This document shows, one piece after another, positions 1 to 10,587 of a DNA stretch of 32,061 nt. The stretch lies in IMG/VR virus record IMGVR_UViG_3300033076_000088, positions 1 to 32,061 of that record; one strand, written 5' to 3'. Each line of letters begins with the position of its first letter. Positions within the stretch are counted from its first letter, which is position 1. This DNA comes from a virus (Duplodnaviria > Caudoviricetes). A program made the position numbers and the translations under genes. Below the pieces are notes generated by a model. That model worked only from the letters and a program-made list of their open reading frames with translations, had not been told where the DNA came from and did no database searches.

Positions 1-555
1 TTTACCTTGGTGGATGACATTGGAAATGCCCTGATTGCTGACAGTCGAGGGGTAATCGCCACAAGATTCTGGGAATCTGACTGTGACGAACTTATCTTTG
101 TGGACTCGGATGTGACATGGGAAGCGGGTGCGTTGCTGAAATTGGTAGATGCGCCTGTGGACTTGGTTGGCGGGGTTTATCCTTCAAGGCGTGACCCGAT
201 CAGCTACCCACTTCACTATCTAGACCGAAAAGAACTGTGGGCAGACCCTGAAACGGGGCTTTTGGAAGTCAAGTCTATTGCTACGGGGTTTATGAAACTG
301 AGCCGAAATTGCATCGGAAAGATGATTGAGGCTTACCCTGAAAAGCATTACTACACCGCTGAACGGGACAAAGAGTTCTACCCCTTGTTTGACCATGTTT
401 TTGAAGATGGTTACAAATGGGGTGAGGATTACAGCTTCTGTATCCGATGGGCAAAGATTGGTGGGAAGGTGTGGATTGACCCAGAGATTGCAATGGGGCA
501 TATTGGCTATAAAATCTTCCAAGGGCATCTAGGAAATTACCTCAGAAATAGGTAA
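1..555 (+). CDS. GT-A fold (family 2-like) glycosyltransferase, 5'-truncated by the window edge
   Basis: Frame is open from base 1; DxD-type motif LIFVDSDV, central ATGFMKLSR and C-terminal GEDYSFC..W...GGKVWIDP...GHIG, typical of phage GT2-like proteins. Confidence 0.75.
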   Translation, partial: FTLVDDIGNALIADSRGVIATRFWESDCDELIFVDSDVTWEAGALLKLVDAPVDLVGGVYPSRRDPISYPLHYLDRKELWADPETGLLEVKSIATGFMKLSRNCIGKMIEAYPEKHYYTAERDKEFYPLFDHVFEDGYKWGEDYSFCIRWAKIGGKVWIDPEIAMGHIGYKIFQGHLGNYLRNR

Positions 556-584
556 AATTCGTCCATTCTTTGCAAAGGAAAATT

Positions 585-920
585 ATGTCAACTCCTTTCC
601 GTATTGTCGGCCCAACCGTTGCGGTTTCTGCTGGCGCTTCTGCCACGACTGAGCGTCTGGTCAACAACAATCCCAACATTCAATGTAACTTTGTGTCTCT
701 GATTAACACAGGGGCAACAAGCGTTGCGGTGAAGTTTGGCCCTACTGGTGTGGATGCACCTGTTTTGCCTGTAAGCGGTACAAATACTGGTGACTTTGTG
801 TTGCCACCCAAAATGAATGATGCCATTATGTTTGCTGTGCCAACCACTCCCACTTATGTGCGAATGATTGGTTCTGCTGCTGGCCCTTCAATCGTTTACG
901 TCACCCCCATCGCTTTCTAA
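585..920 (+). CDS. Hypothetical protein, probably virion-associated (111 aa)
   Basis: ATG 585 follows AAGGA; beta-rich composition; lies in the structural operon. Confidence 0.6.
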   Translation: MSTPFRIVGPTVAVSAGASATTERLVNNNPNIQCNFVSLINTGATSVAVKFGPTGVDAPVLPVSGTNTGDFVLPPKMNDAIMFAVPTTPTYVRMIGSAAGPSIVYVTPIAF

Positions 921-929
921 GGGGGTTTC

Positions 930-3479
930 ATGGCTGACCCCGCCGAATCCGAAAACCAGAATCTGCTGCCAGTTCAGGCATATTTTGCCGTTGATGGCAC
1001 GTTTCAAACCTTCATTGGGCAAGGTCAGCCGTTTTATGCGACTGTGAACCCCGATCAATCGGGCTTGCACATCACAAACTCAACGATTGATTCCACCACA
1101 ATCGGCGCTACAACACCCTCAACAGGCGTGTTTACTAGCATAGCCACTACAACTGGAACAATCGCCACAGCGCCAACCGCCAACACGGACATTGCCAACA
1201 AACAATATGTTGACGCAATCGCCCAAGGGCTGAACCCAAAGCAAGCTGTTAAATGCGCCACAACCGCTGACATTACGCTTTCTGGACTCCAAACAATTGA
1301 CACCTACACCACTTTGGCGGGTGATCGAGTTCTGGTTAAAAACCAGTCTACATCCTCACAAAACGGCATTTATGTAGCCGCGTCTGGTGCGTGGTCTAGA
1401 GCCACAGACATGGATACATGGTCTGAAGTGCCTGGGGCTTACACCGTGGTTCTCTACGGCTCTGCCAACTACCAAACTGGTTGGGTTTCGACATCTGCGG
1501 ATACTGGAACGATTGGGGTCACAGCGATCACCTTTGTGCAGTTCTCAGGGTCGGCTACCTATTACGCTGGCACAGGACTGTCGCTTTTAGCCAACACTTT
1601 CAGCATCACCAACACGGGAGTGACTGCGGCTTCTTATGGCTCTGCGTCTAAGACTTTGACCGCTACCGTCAATGCACAAGGTCAGCTAACCGCCTTGGCA
1701 GACACCAACATTGCGATTGCTGGAAGCCAAATCACAAGCGGCTTGGTAAGCCCTACCTATGGCGGCACAGGGGTCAATAATGGCTCAAACACCCTGACTT
1801 TGGGTGGTAGCTACACCCTGAATCAGTCGGTTGCTTCAGGCGCTGCCCCATCGTTTGTGGGGACTAACTTCACATCTATCCCAAATGCTGCGCTGACCAA
1901 CAGTTCAATTACTGTCAACGGCACAAGCATCGCCTTGGGTGCGTCTGCAACCATTACAGCTGCCAATCCTTATGCTTTGACATTGGGAACGGGTCTGTCG
2001 GGTACTTCTTACGATGGTTCGTCAGCGGTAACTGCGGCAATTGCAAATACTGGCGTGACCGCCAATTCCTACACTTACGCAAACTTTACAGTTAACGCCC
2101 AAGGCCAATTGACTGCGGCATCAAGCAACGCAACGACAGGAAGCGGAAGCATCGTATTGGCGGCTTCTCCCACTATTTCTGGTGCTTGGGGTAGCCCTGA
2201 TTCGCTTCAATTCAATACTGGTGCAACCGTCACTTCTGCTGTTGGAAAGATTTGGTGGGATGGCGGCACAACACTAAATGTGGGTATGACTGCCAACGTA
2301 ACAGGTCACGCCTTAGAAGATCAGTTCTATTACATCAAAGCATCATCGGCCATCACCAAAGGTGAAGTGGTGATGTTTACAGGCTCTGTAGGGGCTTCTG
2401 GTGTGGTTACTGGTGCGCCTGCTACTGGCGTAACCGATGGTTCTTACATCATGGGCATCGCTGCCGAGGATATTGCCAACAATGGGTTTGGCTTGGTTCA
2501 GTATGAAGGCACTATGCATGGCCTGAATACTGGCTCATTCACCGATGGTGCGATTCTTTGGTACAACCCTGCCGTTACGGGCGGTTTGACAGCGACTAAG
2601 CCTTCTGCGCCAAACGTCAAAGTTCAAATGGCTGCGGTCATTAACGCTGGCAATGGCGGGTCGGGTTCTATCTTGATTCGGGTTTCGCCAGGCTCTGTTT
2701 TGGGTGGTACTGATTCAAATGTTCAGTTTGGGACTTTAGCCAACGGTAATGTGATTGTTTACAACAGCACCGCAGGCTATTGGGAAAACGCTGCTCAAAG
2801 CACTTTGGCGGTTGGAACTGCGACCAATTTGGCTGGCGGTGGGGCTGGATATGTTCCTTACCAATCAGGCTCTGGCACTACGGCATTTGTTTCTGCTGGC
2901 ACAACAGGTCAGGTTTTGACCTCAAATGGCACTAGCGCACCTACTTGGACAACCCCAACGGCTTACGCTACCGTCACCGATGACACCACAACAAATGCCA
3001 CCCGTTATCCGCTGTTTGCGGCGGCTACGGCAGGCAATTTAACAACAGAGTATGTCAGCAGTACCAAGTACCAATTTAACCCCTCTACGGGCGTTTTAAC
3101 GGCTACTCAGTTCTCTGGGTCTGGTGCTGGTCTGACTTCAATTCCTAACTCGGCTCTGACCAACTCAAGCGTCACAATTGGGTCAACGGCAATCAGCTTG
3201 GGTGGGACTTCAACCACTTTAGCGGGTCTGAGTTCTGTCACCTCAACCACTTTTGTAGGCGCTTTGTCGGGTAATGCGACTTCTGCGACAACCGCAACGA
3301 CTGCGACTAACGCAACGAACACGGCGATCACAGATGACACGACCACAAACGCCACTTTCTACCCGACATTTGTGAGCAGTTCAACAGGGAATTTGCCACA
3401 AACAGTTTCGTCAACAAAGCTAAAATTTAACCCATCAACGGGGGCTTTGACGGTCAGCCAGTTAATCATCGCACCATAA
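930..3479 (+). CDS. Long Thr/Ser/Gly-rich fibre protein (849 aa) with internal repeats
   Basis: ANKQYVD and ATTADITLSGLQTID...GDRVLVKNQ...NGIY phage fibre motifs; duplicated NTGVTA.SY...VNAQGQLTA, TSIPN.ALTNSS and TDDTTTNAT.YP...K..FNPSTG modules. Confidence 0.8.
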   Translation: MADPAESENQNLLPVQAYFAVDGTFQTFIGQGQPFYATVNPDQSGLHITNSTIDSTTIGATTPSTGVFTSIATTTGTIATAPTANTDIANKQYVDAIAQGLNPKQAVKCATTADITLSGLQTIDTYTTLAGDRVLVKNQSTSSQNGIYVAASGAWSRATDMDTWSEVPGAYTVVLYGSANYQTGWVSTSADTGTIGVTAITFVQFSGSATYYAGTGLSLLANTFSITNTGVTAASYGSASKTLTATVNAQGQLTALADTNIAIAGSQITSGLVSPTYGGTGVNNGSNTLTLGGSYTLNQSVASGAAPSFVGTNFTSIPNAALTNSSITVNGTSIALGASATITAANPYALTLGTGLSGTSYDGSSAVTAAIANTGVTANSYTYANFTVNAQGQLTAASSNATTGSGSIVLAASPTISGAWGSPDSLQFNTGATVTSAVGKIWWDGGTTLNVGMTANVTGHALEDQFYYIKASSAITKGEVVMFTGSVGASGVVTGAPATGVTDGSYIMGIAAEDIANNGFGLVQYEGTMHGLNTGSFTDGAILWYNPAVTGGLTATKPSAPNVKVQMAAVINAGNGGSGSILIRVSPGSVLGGTDSNVQFGTLANGNVIVYNSTAGYWENAAQSTLAVGTATNLAGGGAGYVPYQSGSGTTAFVSAGTTGQVLTSNGTSAPTWTTPTAYATVTDDTTTNATRYPLFAAATAGNLTTEYVSSTKYQFNPSTGVLTATQFSGSGAGLTSIPNSALTNSSVTIGSTAISLGGTSTTLAGLSSVTSTTFVGALSGNATSATTATTATNATNTAITDDTTTNATFYPTFVSSSTGNLPQTVSSTKLKFNPSTGALTVSQLIIAP

Positions 3480-3488
3480 GGAAGAATC

Positions 3489-4988
3489 ATGGGCAATTTA
3501 GTATTTCAAGCAACTCTAGGCGGTCAAGTTAACTTGGTAGGCCCGAATACCGCATCCACTTTTAATATCAATGTTCCTACCGTAAACGGCAACATGGTGA
3601 CTACTGGCGACACAGGAACAGTCACCAACACAATGTGTGCCACAAGCGTTTACACCGCCCCTGGCACGATTGGTTCAGGAACACCTAATACTGGTGCGTT
3701 TACTACTTTGTCGGCAAGCGGTGTGGCGACAATCTCTGCGGGTTCAGCCTCTGCGCCAGCATTGACAACATCTGGCGACACCAACACAGGGATGCTTTTC
3801 CCTGCTGCTGACACTATTGCGTTGACAACAAGTGGAACTGAGCGTTTACGTCTTGATTCTTCTGGCAACTTAGGTCTTGGTGTTACGCCTAGTGCTTGGG
3901 GAAGCCCTTTACTTGGCGCTATTGAAATGCAAAAAGGCACTGCTTTAACTTCAAGCAGTTCATTCCCTATTGCTTATTTATTTGCCAATACCTATTACAA
4001 CGGCACAAACTTTATTTACAAAACCAGCGCTTATGGCGCTTACTACTCTGTAAATGGCGGTAATGGTCAACATCAATGGTTTAACGCCGCATCAGGCACA
4101 GCAGGTAACGCAATCACCTTCACCCAAGCAATGACGCTTGATGCTAGTGGGAATTTGGGTGTTGGTACTACAAGTCCAAACAACAGGATTTATGCCCAAG
4201 TTACAAGTTCAACTGCATATTCTTCTGGCGTTACTGGTAACGGACTGACGCTATACAACTCAAGTGCAACAACTGGTCAGTATGTTGGTATTACTTTTAA
4301 CGGAGAACCAACATCAGGCAACGGTGGTCTTGCCACCATCATGGGTACGACTACTGGCTCTGGAAACATGGATTTGGTGTTTAGCACCAGAGGCAGCTCA
4401 ACACTAGCAGAACGTGCCCGTATCGACTCCAGCGGTAACTTTGGTATTGGAACCGCAAGCCCATCATTTAGATTGGATGTGTTTCAAACGGGTGCAGTTA
4501 ACGTTGTGAACATAAAAGGGGATGACGCTGGCGGTTCGTATTTAGCAAGGATGTGGCAAGCCGCTAACAGCGGAAATAATGGTTTCTTTGGGTTTTTGAC
4601 AGAATCAGCTGGGACAGGAACAACTAGAGGTTCTATTACCTATAACCGTGGCGGCGGTTTAGTTGCTTACAACGTAACTTCTGACTACCGAGCAAAAACT
4701 GTAAATGGTGCAGTTCAAAACGCTTTGACTAAAGTTGCTGCGTTGAAGCCTTGCACAGGCCGCATGAATGGCGCTGAATTTGATATTGATTTTTTTGTTG
4801 CGCATGAATTGGCTGACGTTGTGCCATCGGCTGTGACGGGTGAAAAAGATGCTGTCAATGAAGACGGGACACCAAACTATCAAATGGTTGATAAGTCTGC
4901 TTTGATTCCATTGTTGACAGCCGCTATCCAAGAACAACAAGCCATCATCACCCAACTGCAAGCTGACGTAGCGGCATTGAAAGGTTAA
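3489..4988 (+). CDS. Tail fibre with C-terminal intramolecular chaperone (peptidase S74-like) domain
   Basis: Repeated ER.R.DSSGN.GIG fibre units; SDYRAK autocleavage-type motif, F.AHEL..V.P.AV.G and a terminal coiled coil LTAAIQEQQAIITQLQ. Confidence 0.85.
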   Translation: MGNLVFQATLGGQVNLVGPNTASTFNINVPTVNGNMVTTGDTGTVTNTMCATSVYTAPGTIGSGTPNTGAFTTLSASGVATISAGSASAPALTTSGDTNTGMLFPAADTIALTTSGTERLRLDSSGNLGLGVTPSAWGSPLLGAIEMQKGTALTSSSSFPIAYLFANTYYNGTNFIYKTSAYGAYYSVNGGNGQHQWFNAASGTAGNAITFTQAMTLDASGNLGVGTTSPNNRIYAQVTSSTAYSSGVTGNGLTLYNSSATTGQYVGITFNGEPTSGNGGLATIMGTTTGSGNMDLVFSTRGSSTLAERARIDSSGNFGIGTASPSFRLDVFQTGAVNVVNIKGDDAGGSYLARMWQAANSGNNGFFGFLTESAGTGTTRGSITYNRGGGLVAYNVTSDYRAKTVNGAVQNALTKVAALKPCTGRMNGAEFDIDFFVAHELADVVPSAVTGEKDAVNEDGTPNYQMVDKSALIPLLTAAIQEQQAIITQLQADVAALKG

Positions 4989-4991
4989 ACA

Positions 4992-5288
4992 ATGACTATT
5001 ACATGGAAAATTAACAACCTAGAACGTCAAACCTCTGATGGTCTTGTAACCGTAGTGCATTGGGGTGCTTCAGCCGTAGAAGGTGACTATTCTGCTGGCA
5101 TCTTTAATACACAAGCCTTAGAGCGTGGCGAATCTTTTGTTTCTTATGACACCCTAACAGAACAAACCGTTCTTGGTTGGTTATGGGAAAAGGTAGATAA
5201 AGACGCTGTTGAGGCTGCTTTGACCGCCCAAATTGATGCTCAAAAAGCACCAGTAAAAGCTAACGGCTTACCTTGGGTGACAGAATGA
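4992..5288 (+). CDS. Small fibre-associated protein (paralogue A)
   Basis: Directly follows the fibre gene; W.I..L...V..VHW...F..YD.LTE..VLGW...LPW pattern. Confidence 0.65.
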   Translation: MTITWKINNLERQTSDGLVTVVHWGASAVEGDYSAGIFNTQALERGESFVSYDTLTEQTVLGWLWEKVDKDAVEAALTAQIDAQKAPVKANGLPWVTE

Positions 5289-5590
5289 ACTACGTCTGGA
5301 AAATCCTAGAACTTTACGCCGCTGATGGTCAGATCACATCGGCTAAATACCATTGCACCGTTTCTGATGGTGATGACTCGGTAGAAACAGAAGGTTATTG
5401 GGATTTTCCTGAAGGCGGGACTGTTCCTTTTGACCAAGTGACCGAGGAAATGGTTGCGGGTTGGATTGATGCTGCCGCTATGAAAGACGGCAAAAGCGTC
5501 ATAAAATCACGCCTAGAAGAGCAGTTAAACAACAAGAAACAGCCTGTTCCAGCCCCTTGGATGCCACAGGTGTTCACCCCGAATATTTAA
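5285..5590 (+). CDS. Small fibre-associated protein (paralogue B, 101 aa)
   Basis: ATGA overlap with the upstream stop; same WKI...PFDQVTEEMVAGW...APW pattern as the preceding gene. Confidence 0.65.
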   Translation: MNYVWKILELYAADGQITSAKYHCTVSDGDDSVETEGYWDFPEGGTVPFDQVTEEMVAGWIDAAAMKDGKSVIKSRLEEQLNNKKQPVPAPWMPQVFTPNI

Positions 5591-5599
5591 GGATTCGCT

Positions 5600-6580
5600 A
5601 TGACGATGCCAATTGACCTGATTTCTAGAGCCTTAAAGGATATCGGGGCTTTGGAAGCTGGCGAAACCCCAACGCCTGATGCGGCTCAAGATGCCTTTGA
5701 GTTGCTCAATGACATTGTTGATCAATGGTCAAACGAAAGTTTCATGGTTTTCAACGTCACAGAGATTATCTTTCCTGTGATTTCTGGTCAGACTCAATAC
5801 ACAATTGGCCCAAATCCCTCAACCCAGAACTTTATCGGGGCTTCTTTTGATGGCTCAATTTCTGGCAACATTTTGACTGTGACAGGCATCAACTCTGGCG
5901 CTGTGGCTCAAGGCCAAACCCTGAGTGGTACTGGAATAACCGCAGGAACCCGCATCATGGCTAGCCTGACAGGTGCAGGCGGTAACGTAAACGAACAAGG
6001 TACATACCGAGTAAACATTCCCCAGACTGTTGCTTCCACAACTATTACGGCTTACTACCAAAAGCCTTTGAGCATTGATTCAGCCTTTGTGCGTATCAAT
6101 ACCACCTCAAATGGTCAGCCCATCATCAATGGCGGTTTGGACTACCCGATTGCTATTCTTGCCCTGCAAGATTACGAAATGATTGGTCTAAAAACGCTGA
6201 ACGGCCCTTGGCCCAAAGCGATTTATTTCAATCCAAATGAGGAATCAGGTAACCTTTTTGTGTGGCCTAACCCTGCACAGGGCGAGATGCATTTGTTCGC
6301 CAATACCTTGTTTAGCCGATACGACACGCTTTACACCGATATAAATCTGCCACAAGGCTACTCAATGGCTCTGCGTTGGTGTTTGGCTGAGAGACTGATG
6401 CCGATGTACGGGAAAGCAAACCAAACGCAGATTGCGATGATTTCTCAATATGCCGCCCAAGCAAAATCCACCCTCAAGCGCACAAACATGACACCGCTGC
6501 AAACAGCACGTTATCCTGACTCTTTGATGAACTCAAGAGCAAAAGACGCTGGATGGATTTTGACAGGTGGATTTGTTTAA
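5600..6580 (+). CDS. Head-tail adaptor, P22 gp4-like, with an inserted beta-rich module
   Basis: N-terminal [11 protein letters not shown]...GETP...AQDA..LLND..DQW and C-terminal LPQGY..AL.W.LAERL.P.YG; lies just before the gp10-like gene. Confidence 0.7.
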   Translation: MTMPIDLISRALKDIGALEAGETPTPDAAQDAFELLNDIVDQWSNESFMVFNVTEIIFPVISGQTQYTIGPNPSTQNFIGASFDGSISGNILTVTGINSGAVAQGQTLSGTGITAGTRIMASLTGAGGNVNEQGTYRVNIPQTVASTTITAYYQKPLSIDSAFVRINTTSNGQPIINGGLDYPIAILALQDYEMIGLKTLNGPWPKAIYFNPNEESGNLFVWPNPAQGEMHLFANTLFSRYDTLYTDINLPQGYSMALRWCLAERLMPMYGKANQTQIAMISQYAAQAKSTLKRTNMTPLQTARYPDSLMNSRAKDAGWILTGGFV

Positions 6581-6590
6581 GGGGTAGAAA

Positions 6591-8588
6591 ATGCCAGATT
6601 TCGGCTTTGTCGGCCCAAGTTACGAAGCGCCAAGCATTTACCAAGATGCCCAAGAATGTATCAATTTTTTTGCTGAGATTGACCCACTCAAGCAGCCTGG
6701 TGAACGTGGCGTTGTTGCGCTTTATCCAACCCCTGGCCTAACTGTCAAAGCCGTTCTCCCCAATCTGCAAGAGGTTCGTGGGCTAAGAACCCTGTCGGGC
6801 GGCACTCAAATGATGGCGGTCTGTGGGCCTTATGTCTATGTGCTGACAGAGAACCTAGTCCCTGCGGTGGTCGGGTTTCTTAATTCTTCTTCTGGAAAAG
6901 TTGGGATTACCGACAACGGAATCAACGCTTACATCGTAGACGGGGCTTATCGCTACACATGGCGTATTTCTGCGCCAGCGACTGCGGTGTTTACGGGGTC
7001 AATTTCCACCACAACTTTGACTGTAAGTTCTGTGTCAAGCGGGACTATTGCTGTGGGGCAGGCTCTTTACGGCGTGGGCGTTTCTGCTGAAACCGTTATT
7101 ACTGGACTAGGCACAGGAACTGGCGGGGCGGGAACTTACACAATTAACGTTTCCCAAACAGTAAGCGCTAGAGCGTTAAATTCTGCGACTGTGGGGGCTA
7201 CCTTCACCGCCACCATTTCAGGCACAACAATGACCGTTTCTGCGGTTGCTAGCGGTACTCTTTACCTTGGTCAAACAATCCAAGGCGCAGGGGTAACGGC
7301 TAATTCTGTGATTACCGCTTTGGGTACTGGAACGGGCGGGACAGGCACTTACACTTTGAGTGTTGCAAGTACCGTGGCTGTTGGTGTAACCATGTATGCC
7401 CTGAACTTTTCGGTTCTTCCCTCAACCGATGGGGCGTTTAGCGGGGCAAATACCTGCGACATTATTGACAACTACTTCATTTACAACAACCCAACGACTC
7501 AGCAATGGGGTTCGTCTGACCTTCTTAGCCCTATTTCTCAATCCACAAGCTATGCCCTGAAAGATGGGTCGCCTGATGATTTGGTGGCTTTGATTGCTGA
7601 CCATCGAGAGGTTTACCTGATGGGTGAGACTTCTTCCGAGGTCTGGGTTGATGTGGGCGCAGTACCTTTTCCTTTCCAGAGAATCCCTGGCACTTCTACC
7701 CAACACGGTATTGCCGCCCCGTTTTCTCTGTACCGCCTTGGAAATTCGTTTGCTTATGTTAGCCGCAACAACCGTGGTCAGGCTCAAATCATGCAAATGA
7801 ATGGGTATGTTCCACAAAGAATTTCCACTCACGCTGTTGAAAATAGCCTTGTAAACCAAGAAGTTGATGATGCTATTTCATGGACTTATCAGCTTGAGGG
7901 ACACGAAGTTTATGTGGTGACCTTCCCTAGTATTGGGGTGAATGGTCTGACATGGGCTTATGACGCTACAACCCAAATGTGGCACAAGTGGCTCTATACA
8001 TCTGCCGAAAACATTTACGAAAGACACCGTGGCAATTGCTGTGCGGTGTTTCAGGGAATGGTTTTGGTCGGGGATTACGACAACGGCAAGATTTATATGT
8101 TGGACAAAACCAACTTTACCGATGATGGTCGTAATGTTCGCCGCCTGCGTAGAGCGCCCCACCTTGTCACAGACTTACAGCGCCAGTACTTTGATGAGTT
8201 CCAGATTCAATTCCAGCCTGGCGTGGGTACTACGGGGCTTTCTCAGCCTACTGGTGACATATACGTCAATTCGCCTTACATCATTTACCCTGATGCGACC
8301 TTCACAATTGGCCCATTCCAGACCTATGTGATTGGTCAGCAAGCCACCCTTGGGAACAATTCCACCACAACCAACCCGCAGGCTATGTTGCGCTGGTCTA
8401 ACGATGGCGGTTCAACTTGGTCTAAGGAATACTGGGTTTCCATCGGCAAGATGGGCAAGTATCGTAATCGTGCCATTTGGCGCAGATTGGGTCAGGCTAG
8501 GGACAGAATATTTGAAGTCTCGATTACCGACCCTGTAAACGCCGTGATCGTGTCGGCTAATCTAAAAGCATATGGGGGTGACAATTGA
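6591..8588 (+). CDS. Tail hub / DNA stabilization protein, P22 gp10-like
   Basis: LYPTPGL N-terminus, beta-propeller-like body, TW.YD.TT..WH and C-terminal [11 protein letters not shown]...G.Y..R.IWRRLG..RDRIFEV. Confidence 0.85.
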   Translation: MPDFGFVGPSYEAPSIYQDAQECINFFAEIDPLKQPGERGVVALYPTPGLTVKAVLPNLQEVRGLRTLSGGTQMMAVCGPYVYVLTENLVPAVVGFLNSSSGKVGITDNGINAYIVDGAYRYTWRISAPATAVFTGSISTTTLTVSSVSSGTIAVGQALYGVGVSAETVITGLGTGTGGAGTYTINVSQTVSARALNSATVGATFTATISGTTMTVSAVASGTLYLGQTIQGAGVTANSVITALGTGTGGTGTYTLSVASTVAVGVTMYALNFSVLPSTDGAFSGANTCDIIDNYFIYNNPTTQQWGSSDLLSPISQSTSYALKDGSPDDLVALIADHREVYLMGETSSEVWVDVGAVPFPFQRIPGTSTQHGIAAPFSLYRLGNSFAYVSRNNRGQAQIMQMNGYVPQRISTHAVENSLVNQEVDDAISWTYQLEGHEVYVVTFPSIGVNGLTWAYDATTQMWHKWLYTSAENIYERHRGNCCAVFQGMVLVGDYDNGKIYMLDKTNFTDDGRNVRRLRRAPHLVTDLQRQYFDEFQIQFQPGVGTTGLSQPTGDIYVNSPYIIYPDATFTIGPFQTYVIGQQATLGNNSTTTNPQAMLRWSNDGGSTWSKEYWVSIGKMGKYRNRAIWRRLGQARDRIFEVSITDPVNAVIVSANLKAYGGDN

Positions 8589-8827
8589 CAGTTCCAAGCG
8601 GCTTACCGACAACTTACCAAACAAATCCTTATCCACAAAGTGAATTTTTGGATGGGAACACAAAAAGACCTACAAGGGCATGGCAACAATTCTTTTTGAA
8701 TCTGTTGAACTTTTCCTCGGCAACAACAGCAACGACAGGGGCGGCAACGCTTCCTGCCAACCCTGTTGGGTTCATAAATGTGACCGTAAATGGTCAACCT
8801 TACAAAGTGCCTTATTACAATCCCTGA
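8585..8827 (+). CDS. Small virion protein in the tail-needle position
   Basis: TTG start overlapping the gp10-like stop; [10 protein letters not shown] motif; synteny only. Confidence 0.5.
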   Translation: MTVPSGLPTTYQTNPYPQSEFLDGNTKRPTRAWQQFFLNLLNFSSATTATTGAATLPANPVGFINVTVNGQPYKVPYYNP

Positions 8828-9232
8828 ATGAAACTTTTACGCATCCCACCAGAACAAATCTCACAAAGATGGGGGTCAATTTCCCCTTTTTTGGACAGCG
8901 TTCTAAAGTGTGCGACAGATGATTTCACGCTAGACCAAATGAAGGTTTACCTAACAAATGGTCAATGGCTGACATTAGGGGTTTTTGATGATGCAGATTT
9001 GCGGGGTGTGATTACTGTTTCGTTCACAAATATGCCAAACGACAGAATTGCGTTTATTACTGCCATCGGTGGGAAAAACATTACAAATTCTGACACATTT
9101 AATCAATTTAAGGCTATCCTAAAAGCGCATGGTGCGACTAAAATTCAGGGTGGTGTAAGGGAATCTGTTGCAAGGCTCTGGCGTAGACTTAATTTCAAGG
9201 AACGTCAGATTCTGGTGGAGTTCAAACTATGA
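8828..9232 (+). CDS. Hypothetical protein, possibly GNAT-like (P22 gp14 position)
   Basis: 134 aa between tail and ejection genes; AFITAIGG...GATKIQG..RES.ARLW.RL.F resembles an acetyltransferase-like fold. Confidence 0.5.
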   Translation: MKLLRIPPEQISQRWGSISPFLDSVLKCATDDFTLDQMKVYLTNGQWLTLGVFDDADLRGVITVSFTNMPNDRIAFITAIGGKNITNSDTFNQFKAILKAHGATKIQGGVRESVARLWRRLNFKERQILVEFKL

Positions 9233-10578
9233 GATACAACGCATTTTTTGGCGAATTGCCGCTTAACGCTTTCAAACCCCGCCCTGGTGGTGGCATGACC
9301 CTTGAGGGCGGCGGCAACCCTATTTCAGCCGTTACAGATGCTGTGGAGAATGTTGTTGGTGGCGTTGCTGACGTTGCTGGTGATGTGGTTGAGGGCGTTG
9401 GAGATTTAGGCAAAACCATCGACCAAACTGTGCGTGATGTGTTGCCAGGCGGTTGGACTACTGCCGCATTGTTGGCCGCTGGTTATTACTATCAGCCCGA
9501 AATTCAAGCCTTTATGAACGCCCAAGGCGCAACAGTCCCTGTTTCTCAAGTGGCTGATGCTGCCGCAGCAACTGGCTCAACAGGCACAGGTTTGACCGCT
9601 GGTGGAACTGGTTTAGGCTTGACTGCGCCATCTGCTACAACTGGTTTGGGTTTGACTGCCCCCGCCGCATCTGGTTTGGCCGCAGGAACTGCCGCAGGAA
9701 CTAGTGCCGCAGAACTTGCTGGTATTGGTGCGGGACTAGGTGCAACAGGCGCAGCCGCTGGCACAGGTTCTTTGCTTGGTTCTGCCGCATTACCAGCCGC
9801 CGCAACTTTGGGTGCAGCCGCAGGCGGTACTGGCGCAGGTTCTACACTTTCCTCAATGTTGCCTTATATGACCGCTGCCCAAGTCGGGACAGGTCTGCTT
9901 CAAGCCAACGCCGCTACTAACGCCGCTGACATTCAAGCCGCCGCCGCCAATCAAGCCTTGGCACAACAGCAAAAGAACTTTGAAACCATCAATGCTCAAC
10001 AAGCCCCGTACCGTGGCGCTGGTTATGGTGCGTTGAATAAACTGGCAGGAATGGGTAGCGGTCAAACCCAGATGTATGACGAAACAGGCCGACCAATCGG
10101 CGCTGTGACGGGTGCAACTGACTATTTGACACGCCAATTTAGCCCTGAAGATTTTGCCGCAGGGATTGACCCAGGCTATCAATTCCGACTCCAACAAGGT
10201 CAGATGGCTAACCAAAGAGCCGCTAACGTTGGCGGTGGTGCTTTGTCTGGCAACACCCTCAGAGGTTTGCAAGACTACACACAGAATTTGGCTTCTACTG
10301 AATATGGCAACGCCTTCAACCGCTTCCAAACTCAACGCCAAAACATCTACAACACTTTGGCTGGCATCGCTGGCATTGGTCAGACAGGTCAAACTGCCGC
10401 CAATACAGCAGGAACTAACTTGGCAAACGCCGCATCTCAATTGGGTGTCGGTGCTGCTGGCGCACAGGCCGCAGGTCAAGTTGGTCAAACAAACGCTTTG
10501 GCTAACACAGCACAGAATGTGATCGGTAACTACACCTTGGCTTCATTATTGAACCAACGTGGAAATGTAATGGGTTAA
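9229..10578 (+). CDS. DNA ejection (pilot) protein, P22 gp7-like
   Basis: Ala/Gly/Gln-rich; AADIQAAAA...QQKNF.....QAPY..AG and DPGYQFRLQQG...A..GG..SG.TL motifs; first of three large genes after the tail genes. Confidence 0.7.
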   Translation: MRYNAFFGELPLNAFKPRPGGGMTLEGGGNPISAVTDAVENVVGGVADVAGDVVEGVGDLGKTIDQTVRDVLPGGWTTAALLAAGYYYQPEIQAFMNAQGATVPVSQVADAAAATGSTGTGLTAGGTGLGLTAPSATTGLGLTAPAASGLAAGTAAGTSAAELAGIGAGLGATGAAAGTGSLLGSAALPAAATLGAAAGGTGAGSTLSSMLPYMTAAQVGTGLLQANAATNAADIQAAAANQALAQQQKNFETINAQQAPYRGAGYGALNKLAGMGSGQTQMYDETGRPIGAVTGATDYLTRQFSPEDFAAGIDPGYQFRLQQGQMANQRAANVGGGALSGNTLRGLQDYTQNLASTEYGNAFNRFQTQRQNIYNTLAGIAGIGQTGQTAANTAGTNLANAASQLGVGAAGAQAAGQVGQTNALANTAQNVIGNYTLASLLNQRGNVMG

Positions 10579-10587
10579 GGAAACATC

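Noticed and set aside
930-4988. Fibre repeats read as a diversity-generating retroelement or invertible cassette
   Set aside because: Repeats are diverged at the DNA level with no adenine-specific pattern evident; no reverse transcriptase or invertase in the window
9546-10488. Antisense ORFs (72 and 211 aa) in the ejection gene, and similar ones opposite the fibre, terL and portal genes
   Set aside because: Expected shadows of Ala/Gly/Thr-rich or biased-codon sense genes; no SDs or motifs
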